From Desulfuromonas sp. (GTDB taxonomy: Bacteria; Desulfobacterota; Desulfuromonadia; Desulfuromonadales; UBA2294): a DNA stretch of 62,620 bases. The stretch covers positions 1 through 62,620 of the forward strand of contig PKTZ01000109.1 of assembly GCA_002868925.1 (NCBI GenBank), read 5' to 3'. The notes beneath the pieces were generated by a model that was given only the letters and a program-made list of their open reading frames with translations, was not told the origin of the DNA and did not search any database. Shown piece by piece: positions 29,601 through 36,514 of this stretch (positions within the stretch are counted from its first letter, which is position 1; every line of letters starts with the position of its first letter). A program made the position numbers and the translations under genes.

Positions 29601-32600
29601 CTCAGCAACAGCGCCGGTTTTGTCCTCGACCCGGTCCTCTGCCTGCGCGAGACCGTCACCCTGGAACCGTCGCAAAAGGTTTCGCTAGCGATGACCATCG
29701 CTGCCGACGATGACCGGGACAAGGTCCTGGAGACGATCACCAAGTACCGGGACATCCATGCGATCAACCGGGCAATGGACTTTGCCTGGCGTGCCGCGCA
29801 GATCGAGCTGCGCCAGCTCCATATCCTTCCGGACGAGGCACGCCGCTTCCAGCAACTGGCCGACCACCTGATCTTCCCCAACACCCTGCTGCGTGCCCCG
29901 GCCGAGACCCTCGAGGAGAACCACAAGGGGCAGCAGGGTCTCTGGCCTTACGCCATCTCGGGCGACCTGCCGATCCTGCTCGTCTCGATCGAGGAGGCCC
30001 GCGACATCGGCTTGATCCGGCAACTGCTGCAGGCCCAGGCCTACTGGCGACGGCATGGCTTCCTCGCCGACCTGGTGATCCTCAACGAAGAGGGAGAGAG
30101 CTACGAGCAACCGTTGCGCGAACGGTTGGTCCACCTGATCCAGGCCCACTCGATGTACGTCGGCCGTGACCAGCCGAGCGGTATCTACCTGCGCAGCTCC
30201 GGGCAGATGCCGGAAGAGGACCTGCGCCTGCTCAAGGCAGCCGCCAGCGTTTTCATGGTCGCCGCCCGCGGCTCCCTATCGCAGCAGCTCGGAACGCCGC
30301 GACGCACCCCCGATCTGCCGAAAACGTTCCAACCGACATTTACCTGGGAGTACCCGTCCGAGCCGTTGCCGGAGATCGAACTGGTCCATCATAACGGCTA
30401 CGGCGGCTTCACCCCCGACGGGCGCGAGTACGTGATCGAACTTCCAGCGGGCAAGCAGACCCCTGCCCCCTGGGTCAACGTTATGGCGAACCCCGACTTC
30501 GGGGCGATGACGAGCGAAACCGGCGCCGGTTTCTCCTGGTTCGGCAACAGCCAGCGCAACCGGATCAACGGCTGGTCGAACGACACCGTGATCGATCCGC
30601 CGTCGGAGGCGATCTACATCCGCGACGAGGTCAGCGGCCGGTTCTGGACCGCCACCTCCGCCCCGGTCCGCAACCAGGAGCCTTATCGTTGCCGGCACGG
30701 TGCCGGCTACTCGATCTTCGAACACAACCACAGCGGTATCGACGCCGAGCTGACCCTGTTCGTTCCGGTCGACGAAGTAAACAGCCCGGTCAAGCTGCAA
30801 CGGCTCAGACTGCGCAACACGACCTCGCGGCGTCGCGCCCTGACCATCTCCTGGTATACCGAGCTGACCCTCGGCGAAAACCGGGAGAGTTCGCAGATGC
30901 ACGGCATGACCCACTGGGACAGTGAAACCAGCATCCTGCTCGCCCATAACCACTACCACCCTGACTACGGCGGCAAAACCACCTTTTTCGCCATGAGCCC
31001 GAAACCGACCGGCTACTGCGGCGACCGCACCATTTTTATCGGCCGCAACCGGTCGCTGCGCAACCCGCAGGCGCTGCAACGGACCGAGCTCGCGCAACTG
31101 GTCGGCGCCGGACTCGACCCCTGCGCCGCCCTGCAGACCAAGATCGACCTGGCGCCGGGTGAAGTCGAGGAGATCGTCTGTATTGTCGGCCAGGCCGACT
31201 CGATCGAGCAGGCGCGCCTGCTCGCCCGCTCCTTCCGCGACCACAGCAATGTCGATGCCGCCCTCAAGGCGACCTGCCGCTATTGGGACGACCTGCTCGG
31301 AACGATCGAGGTCGAGACCCCGGACCCGAGGGTCGATATTTTGGTCAATCGCTGGCTGCTTTACCAGTCGCTCAGTTGCCGCATCTGGGGCCGTTCCGCC
31401 TTCTACCAGTCGGGAGGCGCCTTCGGCTTCCGTGACCAGTTGCAGGATGTACTCGCCTTCCTGCTCACCAAACCGGAGCTGGCGAAAGAGCAGATCCGGC
31501 TCGCCGCCAGCCGTCAATTCAAGGAAGGGGATGTCCAGCACTGGTGGCATCCACCCGGCGGTGCCGGCATCCGTTCACGCATCTCCGACGACCTGCTCTG
31601 GCTCCCCTATGTCACCATCTACTACGTGCGGGCAACCGGCGATCTCGATATCCTGTCGGATGACGTCCCGTTCCTGACTGCCCCGGAGTTGGCCGAGGAT
31701 GAACACGAAGTCTTCGCCGTTCCGGAGGAGACCTTCGAGCGGGGTACCATCTTCGAACATTGCCGCCGCGCCGTCCACAAGGGGTTGACCGCCGGACCCG
31801 ACGGTCTGCCGCTGATCGGAACCGGCGACTGGAACGATGGCATGAACCTGGTCGGCGCCAAGGGGCGGGGTGAGAGCGTCTGGCTCGCCTGGTTCCTGGT
31901 CGATATCCTGCACGGCATGGCCGAACTATCCGACCTGCTCGGCAAGCCTGAGCTCGAGCAGGAGTACCGACAAAAACGTGCAACGCTGATCCGCCAGATC
32001 GAAGAAAAGGCCTGGGACGGCGCCTGGTACCGCCGGGGAACATTCGACGACGGCTCACCGCTCGGCTCGCGCCATAGTGATGAAGCGAAGATCGACTCGC
32101 TGCCCCAGTCCTGGGCCTGGCTGACCGGCGCCGGCGACCGGCAACGGGCCGAGCAGGCACTCGAGTCGGCCTGGGATCGGCTCTTCCTCGAAGAGGAGAG
32201 ACTGGTCCTTCTGTTCGAACCGCCATTCAACAAGTCGGCCCAGAACCCGGGCTACATCAAGGGCTATCCGCCCGGAGTCCGGGAGAACGGCGGTCAGTAC
32301 ACCCACGCCGCGCTCTGGTTCGCGATGGCGATGGCCCGCAGGGGGGACGGCAACCGCGCCGTCAAGATGCTGCAGGTCATGAGCCCGATGGAGCACGCCC
32401 GTGACCGGGAGGCAGCCGACCTGTACGGGCTCGAACCGTACGCCATCGCCGCCGACATCTATCGACTGCCCGACCGGACCGGCAAAGGGGGGTGGTCGTG
32501 GTACACCGGTTCGGCAGCCTGGACCTACCGGGCCTGGGTCGAAGAGATTCTCGGCCTGCACATCGCCCGGGGCAAACTTCATATCCGGCCGGTGATCCCG

Positions 32601-32795
32601 GAAATATGGAAGGAGTTCACCATCCGTTACCGGCATGACGGGGCAACCTTTGTTATCCACGTCAGGAACCCGGACGGGGTCATGCAGGGGGTTAAAGAGA
32701 TCACCATGAACGGCAACAGTCTCCCCGACAAAACAATTCCCCTAACCCAGAAACAGGGCGAGCATCGGATCGACGTCCTGATGGGGAAAGGTTAG
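23664..32795 (+). CDS. Cyclic beta-1,2-glucan synthase-like giant protein (NdvB/Cgs type: GT84 + GH94-like domains)
   Basis: 3,043 aa from GTG 23664 (AGGAGG 5 nt upstream; the track ORF starts at 23622). Multiple TM segments. GT-A motifs FIITLDSDTQLP, LSHDLIEG and RRWIRGDWQ. C-terminal GH94 phosphorylase-like region with GTGDWNDGMN. Confidence 0.85.
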   Translation: MPSGILISFFSKRSDARRSMWELGKHGFRRTAVLHRLPNGEIETTDFFTWTLLFGNILSSLIFALLAILIGLSGAFQLLTDGTPPLFILAIAGAVVGVVSGLALINRTRFGIERRILDRYGHCLMPGESALISQSPVETMKLPMALIRDKSESLPTIFVLHASREHRETTRSLEEPISDDQILERACKQARGHKEGQAKRVKPELLIRLKKEGAWFQEICVDLADACRLEQGVSPVAEWIIDNEFLVARSIRDVLVNLPKGYYRELPVRDQRYGKDLPCIYELAKELIFTHEARITAENIVNFVNSYQKVNTLSIAELWALPQMLRVALVESILDLAIRVHNDMRERQLATFWANRFIAANRRDSALVFSILGELDDRYPEPTPYFCSQLVNLLYDQDSILAPVENWIERKLGKATNAIELLEQKRQARDEILIENSFSSIRKLTQLDWRELFEQLAIVEKILRTDPQQVYAGMDFETRDRYRQTVKRFAERANKSEHDVAQLAIDLAVEHDCHIGEILIGSGKKRFESKLGCMDRPGIRLRERLKEAHSLVYLGSLAALFLPIVILTCRYAQSGKATCFDALFILLLLIPASQLAIEILNYLLTRLLSPLPLPKMDFEKSGIPDRFRTLVVIPTLLASEKAIRHEVEQLEIRFMANRDANLRYSLFTDFTDSAKQDQEDDEKLLQLAVNGIKELNRRYNTDIFFLFHRERSWCDTEQKYIGWERKRGKLEELNQLLDGSCPDSADRLVYAGNPERLDGIRFIITLDSDTQLPHGTARRMIETLSHPLNSPQLDAEGRINAGTYSILQPRVTPSLKSTSSSPFSQLFADAVGVDPYTKVVSDVYQDLTGEGSYHGKGIYDVKAFSKILSGNFPDGLILSHDLIEGAHVRTGLVSDIELFDEFPQDYLGYVTRMRRWIRGDWQIAAWVLPWVPKKGGGFRKNPISIFNRWKVFDNLRRSLLSTANLALLITAWLSSQQAAVAAMLLVGVEILFHPLSQVFTALTTRNGIRNFSSAIHLNHLQRALAEVAMMPHQAWISISAIMQSFYRLFISKRKLLEWTTAYVAHTTAMQKRKIFTFSLILASLSAAAIWASLARWMPGNLPLSYPWLLLWFASPFFGWLLTSRPIEKPLQELLAKRDLRYLRQVNRLTWRFFDDFVNENTSWLPPDNYQVSHQNQLAMRTSPTNIGFSMLSTLAASDSGYIPPDQTIDRLAHTVDTLEKVERYEGHLLNWYDIGNLQPLEPRYVSAVDSGNFLGALWALQQGLHEQYSGEVISGELFEGLRDSADILHQTISADPEFVEATKETERLLANLDRVPKRIVDRLQLLRLCEHDINGIDALISAIAPADSEPAYWSDKVLQEARHWRENADLYLEWIELLGHRQDDELARTAIRNIAEIADDLTFSPSLHNLSRGVAESIPILTLLSEHAYDEAATLSEWASKVLASFAKAQHNARMYRVRYEQLLSRLRKLAGEINLRFLFDKERKLFTIGYNVTSGHRDNSYYDLLASEARFGGFVAIARGDVPMEHWFTMGRPHAQIGRDRVLLSWTGTMFEYLMPQLFLRSYRYSLLDKAARDAIDVQIDYGRRNKIPWGISESAFGDLDFHKTYQYKAFGVPKLGLKRILEEQLVVSPYSTLMAVGIAPQETVDNLRNLDRLGMLNQYGFYESIDFRRKSKRGGRSGVMIKAYMSHHQGMGFIALANFLHNNLFQRRFHADPRVRAFEPLLQEKIPTLPPLQLTATRDRAPSLQEASSDIPASGIFETPNTSTPKSQMICNGRYDLLVTNTGGGYSKWNGQEITRWRSDRTNDQWGTYCYLHDLGEKDLWSSTFHPIDAESEDYIAEFALDRAIFRRSENGVQVETEVIVAPEDDIEIRRMTLTNRTSRRKRINLTSYVELSMADHAADRAHPAFNKLFIQTEAIEEERTLLAYRRLRSEDAEPLFVAHSFVNEKPGKGMWHFETDRSRFIGRGHTLADARGATGRLSNSAGFVLDPVLCLRETVTLEPSQKVSLAMTIAADDDRDKVLETITKYRDIHAINRAMDFAWRAAQIELRQLHILPDEARRFQQLADHLIFPNTLLRAPAETLEENHKGQQGLWPYAISGDLPILLVSIEEARDIGLIRQLLQAQAYWRRHGFLADLVILNEEGESYEQPLRERLVHLIQAHSMYVGRDQPSGIYLRSSGQMPEEDLRLLKAAASVFMVAARGSLSQQLGTPRRTPDLPKTFQPTFTWEYPSEPLPEIELVHHNGYGGFTPDGREYVIELPAGKQTPAPWVNVMANPDFGAMTSETGAGFSWFGNSQRNRINGWSNDTVIDPPSEAIYIRDEVSGRFWTATSAPVRNQEPYRCRHGAGYSIFEHNHSGIDAELTLFVPVDEVNSPVKLQRLRLRNTTSRRRALTISWYTELTLGENRESSQMHGMTHWDSETSILLAHNHYHPDYGGKTTFFAMSPKPTGYCGDRTIFIGRNRSLRNPQALQRTELAQLVGAGLDPCAALQTKIDLAPGEVEEIVCIVGQADSIEQARLLARSFRDHSNVDAALKATCRYWDDLLGTIEVETPDPRVDILVNRWLLYQSLSCRIWGRSAFYQSGGAFGFRDQLQDVLAFLLTKPELAKEQIRLAASRQFKEGDVQHWWHPPGGAGIRSRISDDLLWLPYVTIYYVRATGDLDILSDDVPFLTAPELAEDEHEVFAVPEETFERGTIFEHCRRAVHKGLTAGPDGLPLIGTGDWNDGMNLVGAKGRGESVWLAWFLVDILHGMAELSDLLGKPELEQEYRQKRATLIRQIEEKAWDGAWYRRGTFDDGSPLGSRHSDEAKIDSLPQSWAWLTGAGDRQRAEQALESAWDRLFLEEERLVLLFEPPFNKSAQNPGYIKGYPPGVRENGGQYTHAALWFAMAMARRGDGNRAVKMLQVMSPMEHARDREAADLYGLEPYAIAADIYRLPDRTGKGGWSWYTGSAAWTYRAWVEEILGLHIARGKLHIRPVIPEIWKEFTIRYRHDGATFVIHVRNPDGVMQGVKEITMNGNSLPDKTIPLTQKQGEHRIDVLMGKG

Positions 32796-32798
32796 CCG

Positions 32799-34025
32799 AT
32801 GCCGAAGGGTACAGCGCGAAAACCTTTTCCGGGGCTGGCTCAAACCCGGGCCGATTACGAGAGGCAACTCCCCCTGTTCAAGGAGCGGCTGCACCACCTT
32901 GTGCAGGAGATCAGGCGGCAACTTGAAACGGCCGGGTTCACGCCGGCGATCAAGTACCGGGTCAAGCAGTTCGATGCCTATTTCGACAAGTTGCGCAAGA
33001 ATGACAACCAGGCGAAGGGGAGCAGGAGCCGGCCGATCGGAGACTTCTTCGCCCTGCGCATAATCTGTCCCTTCCTCGAGGATATCGACACCATCGAACG
33101 GCTGTTGACCACGAGTTTCCAGGTCGTCGAAACCGAACGTAAATCGAGTCATCACTCATTCCGGGAGTTCGGCTACGATTCGCTTCACCTGATGATCAAG
33201 CCGCCGCAGCGGTTGTACAGGTCCGCGCTGCCGGGAGTGCGCAACCTCTGCGAAGTGCAGCTCCGCACCATCCTCCAGGATGCCTGGGCCGAAGTCGAAC
33301 ATGAGCTGGTCTACAAATCGGACATCAACCTGCCGAAGGGATCGATCCGACGCAAGCTCGCTTCACTTAACGCCACGTTGACCCTCTCCGACCTCATCTT
33401 CCAGGAGATCCGCGATTACCAGAAAGAGCTGCGTCAGCACGGCCGCAAAAGACGTCAGTCGATCGCCGACCGCTCGCCCGAACTCGAACTGATCAACATC
33501 AGCGCTCCGCTCGACAACGGACCGAAACCGATCGCATCGACCCTGAAAAGCCGACTCGAGAAAACGATGCTTCGGGCCCTCGAGGCGCACAGCAACGACG
33601 ATCTGGAGACAGCGATCGAACTCTACGGGGTCATCCTCGGCATGAAACTCGAGAACAAGATGCGGGCGCTGATCTACAATCACCGCGGCATGGCTCATTT
33701 CGCCTGCAGCAACTTCAGGCAGGCGATGCACGACTTCAACCGCTCGATCCATTTCGACCCGGCCAGCGTGCGCAGCTACGCCAATCGCGGCCTCTGTCAC
33801 CGGGTCATGAAGCGCTTCAAGAAGGCGCTGGCCGACTTCGAAACGGCCATCGAAATCGAGCCGGGACGAACGGACCACTATTTCGGTCGGGCCCAGACCT
33901 ACTTCGACATGCAGCAGTTCGAGCAGGCGCAAATCGACTGCAACCGGATTCTGGAGCTGAGCCCCGGCGACCCTTCGGCGAAAGAGCTTCTGGCCAACAT
34001 CAAAACCAGGCTGGCGAAAATTTAA
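32799..34025 (+). CDS. RelA/SpoT-domain (small alarmone synthetase-like) protein fused to TPR repeats
   Basis: 408 aa. Synthetase motifs YRVKQFDAYFDKLRK, DFFALRI, GYDSLHLMI and EVQLRTILQDAWAEVEHELVYK. C-terminal approximately 130 aa are TPR-like (IYNHRGMAHFACSNFRQAMHDFNRSI..., YFGRAQTYFDMQQFEQA...). Starts 3 nt after the glucan synthase stop. Confidence 0.8.
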   Translation: MPKGTARKPFPGLAQTRADYERQLPLFKERLHHLVQEIRRQLETAGFTPAIKYRVKQFDAYFDKLRKNDNQAKGSRSRPIGDFFALRIICPFLEDIDTIERLLTTSFQVVETERKSSHHSFREFGYDSLHLMIKPPQRLYRSALPGVRNLCEVQLRTILQDAWAEVEHELVYKSDINLPKGSIRRKLASLNATLTLSDLIFQEIRDYQKELRQHGRKRRQSIADRSPELELINISAPLDNGPKPIASTLKSRLEKTMLRALEAHSNDDLETAIELYGVILGMKLENKMRALIYNHRGMAHFACSNFRQAMHDFNRSIHFDPASVRSYANRGLCHRVMKRFKKALADFETAIEIEPGRTDHYFGRAQTYFDMQQFEQAQIDCNRILELSPGDPSAKELLANIKTRLAKI

Positions 34026-34105
34026 TTTTTATCAGGCCACACCCTGATTGAATTCTGTTATCAATCCATGCCATAATAGAACGCTGTTTAATAACGAGGC
34101 GCTCT

Positions 34106-35542
34106 ATGTCGAAAAAAATCAGTATAGACCCGGTGACCCGGATTGAGGGGCACCTCGCCGTCGAAACCAAAATCGAGGCGGGCAAGGTGACGGACGCCCG
34201 GATCGCGGGCCAGATGTACCGGGGCTTTGAGAACCTGCTGCTCGGGCGCCACCCAATCGATGCCGCCCGCATCACTCAGCGAATCTGCGGCATCTGCCAC
34301 GAGGTTCACGGCATTGCCGCCAGCATGGCGCTCGAAAACCTCTACGGTCTGCAGCCGACCCAAAACGGGCTGATCCTGCGCGAGCTGATCCTCGGCCTGC
34401 ACCTCGTCACCGACCATATCTTCCATTTCTACCAGTTGACCCTCCCTGACTATGTCGACTTCGGCCGCCTGCAAAACTACCGGGGCGGTGACAGCCGGGT
34501 CAAAAAACTGGCCGGTATCTTCAACGGTTCAAACGTGTTCACATCCGGAATGATCACCGACAGCTTCGACGACACCGGCCTGACGGTCGAGATGGCGCTC
34601 GGTTACGCCGAGGCGATCAACATCCGCAAGCAGGCCGGCAGCGGCCTCGCCAGCCTCGGCGGCAAGGTCCCCTTCTGTCACACCATCCTGCCGGGCGGGC
34701 TCACCACCGACATCACCAGCGACCGGTTGATGAACTACGCCAACGCCTTAAGTGCTACGACCGACTTCATCCGCCGCTTCTATCTGCCGCAGGCGATCGA
34801 ACTGGCGCAACACTTCCGGCACTACTTCGAACTGGGGCAATCGCACGGCAACTTTTACGGCAACGGCGGCTTCAGCCTGAGCAAGAATCAGCTTTACAGT
34901 GGTGGCATCCTGCGGGCCGGAAAGCGTCCGGTGCGTACCCAGTTTGCCAAGATCAAGGAAACGGTCGAAGCGACTTACCTCGACCCGGACGGCACCCCAC
35001 GGGCGAAAAAAGAGGGCGCCTATTCCTGGGTCAAGGCGATGCATTACGACGGACTGCCGATGGAAGTCGGGCCGTTGGCCCGGCTGGCGGTCAACAACGA
35101 CCGCGAGTTCGCCGAGCTGCTCAAGCCGTTCAAACAGGAACCGACCCACTCCTCGGTCATGACCCGCATTCTCGCCCGGGCCCAGGAAGCCCTGAAAATC
35201 TGCTTCTACCTGCCGGAGCTCCTGCACCAGTACGACCTGCAGGGAGAGACCATCAACCCGCCGGACATGCTGGCCAAACCGACCGGCAACGGCCAGGGGA
35301 TGTCGCTCGCCGCCCGCGGCGCCCTTAATCATCAGGTCACCACCGAAAACGGGAAGGTGACCCGATACCGCCTCCAGGTCCCCTCGGCCTGGAATTTCGG
35401 CCCGACCGCCGGCGGGCATCGAGGGACGGTGGAGCAGGCTCTCATCGGAACCCCGGTCAATAAAAAAGATGGTGAGACGGCGATCGAAATTGGACGCATC
35501 GTGCGCAGCTTCGACCCCTGCCTCGCCTGCGCCATCCATTAA
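34106..35542 (+). CDS. [NiFe] hydrogenase large subunit (no C-terminal extension; group-2/sensory-like)
   Basis: 478 aa. N-terminal DPVTRIEGHL and RICGICHEVH, and C-terminal DPCLACAIH, which is immediately followed by the stop codon. Confidence 0.9.
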   Translation: MSKKISIDPVTRIEGHLAVETKIEAGKVTDARIAGQMYRGFENLLLGRHPIDAARITQRICGICHEVHGIAASMALENLYGLQPTQNGLILRELILGLHLVTDHIFHFYQLTLPDYVDFGRLQNYRGGDSRVKKLAGIFNGSNVFTSGMITDSFDDTGLTVEMALGYAEAINIRKQAGSGLASLGGKVPFCHTILPGGLTTDITSDRLMNYANALSATTDFIRRFYLPQAIELAQHFRHYFELGQSHGNFYGNGGFSLSKNQLYSGGILRAGKRPVRTQFAKIKETVEATYLDPDGTPRAKKEGAYSWVKAMHYDGLPMEVGPLARLAVNNDREFAELLKPFKQEPTHSSVMTRILARAQEALKICFYLPELLHQYDLQGETINPPDMLAKPTGNGQGMSLAARGALNHQVTTENGKVTRYRLQVPSAWNFGPTAGGHRGTVEQALIGTPVNKKDGETAIEIGRIVRSFDPCLACAIH

Positions 35543-35551
35543 AGGAACAAC

Positions 35552-36508
35552 ATGCTGACACGCCGTGAATTCATAAAACGTTGCCGCGACATATCACTGT
35601 TGATGTGCGGGCAGACACTGCTCACCAGGCAGCTGGCGCACGGCTTCCTGCAACTTGCCAAAGCGCCGCCGTCAATCGCCTTTGTCCATGCCCAGAACTG
35701 CATGGGCTGTACAACCTCGATGATGTACGGCAACGACTTCGACTTCCTCGACTTTCTCGGCTCCGTCGGCAACCTCGACATCCATCCCGCCCTCTCTTTC
35801 AACCAGGGGGGGGAATACCTGGCGCGGCTCGATGCCATCTGCAAGGAGGGGAACCACCTGCTGGTGGTCGAAGGGAGCATTCCCTCCGACCCACCGGAAG
35901 CCTGTCTGCTCGGCGACAGGCCGATCTATGACGTTCTTGCCGACTGCGCACAGAAGGCCAAAATGGTTATCTGTTCCGGCTCCTGTGCCAGCCACGGCGG
36001 CATCCCCGCTTCGGGCGGTAACCAGACCGGCGCCCTTTCGGTCGGCGCTTATCTCGAGCAGAAAAAAATCAAGGTCCCGCTGCTGCAGGTCCCGGGCTGC
36101 CCGGTCCACCCCGACCACCTGATGGGGAGTATCGCCTATATCACCGCCACCGGGAAGCTGCCGCCGCTGAAGAAGGAAACGCGCCTGCCGGAGGAATATT
36201 TCGGCGAGCTGCTGCACAACCGCTGCAGCCGCTACCAGCACTTCTCCCAGGACAAGTTCGTCAATAATTACGCCAAGGACAAGAATGACTGTCTGCTCAA
36301 AAAAGGATGCCGTGGCCCGGTAACCGCGAGCGACTGCCCGGTGCGGCGCTGGAACAAGAGGACCAGTGTCTGCGTCGAGAGCAACACTCCCTGTATCGGC
36401 TGCATGAACTCCCACTGGCCGTTCAAAAGCGACCTCTACCTGGAGACGGCGGAGGTCGAAGACCTCCCCTGGTCACAGATGAAGCAAAAGACCAACAGTC
36501 GGCGCTAA
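35552..36508 (+). CDS. [NiFe] hydrogenase small subunit with twin-arginine-like N-terminus
   Basis: 318 aa. MLTRREFIK... N-terminus. Proximal cluster ligands NCMGC, GSCASHGG and PGCPVHPDH. C-terminal Cys/His set for the medial and distal clusters (HNRC, DCLLKKGCRGP, DCP, VCVESNTPCIGC). Confidence 0.9.
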   Translation: MLTRREFIKRCRDISLLMCGQTLLTRQLAHGFLQLAKAPPSIAFVHAQNCMGCTTSMMYGNDFDFLDFLGSVGNLDIHPALSFNQGGEYLARLDAICKEGNHLLVVEGSIPSDPPEACLLGDRPIYDVLADCAQKAKMVICSGSCASHGGIPASGGNQTGALSVGAYLEQKKIKVPLLQVPGCPVHPDHLMGSIAYITATGKLPPLKKETRLPEEYFGELLHNRCSRYQHFSQDKFVNNYAKDKNDCLLKKGCRGPVTASDCPVRRWNKRTSVCVESNTPCIGCMNSHWPFKSDLYLETAEVEDLPWSQMKQKTNSRR

Positions 36509-36514
36509 GTTAAC

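Noticed and set aside
26355-31550. Several long minus-strand ORFs (e.g. 26355..27182, 28929..29675, 30276..31550) inside the glucan synthase gene
   Set aside because: All are antisense to one continuous 9.1-kb ORF that has recognisable GT84 and GH94 motifs. They are typical GC-rich antisense frames.
34026-34105. Candidate promoters upstream of the hydrogenase genes (GGCCAC-N5-GATTG; TTGAAT-N18-CATAAT)
   Set aside because: Both are weak matches. The hydrogenase genes may simply be co-transcribed with the upstream RelA/SpoT-TPR gene.
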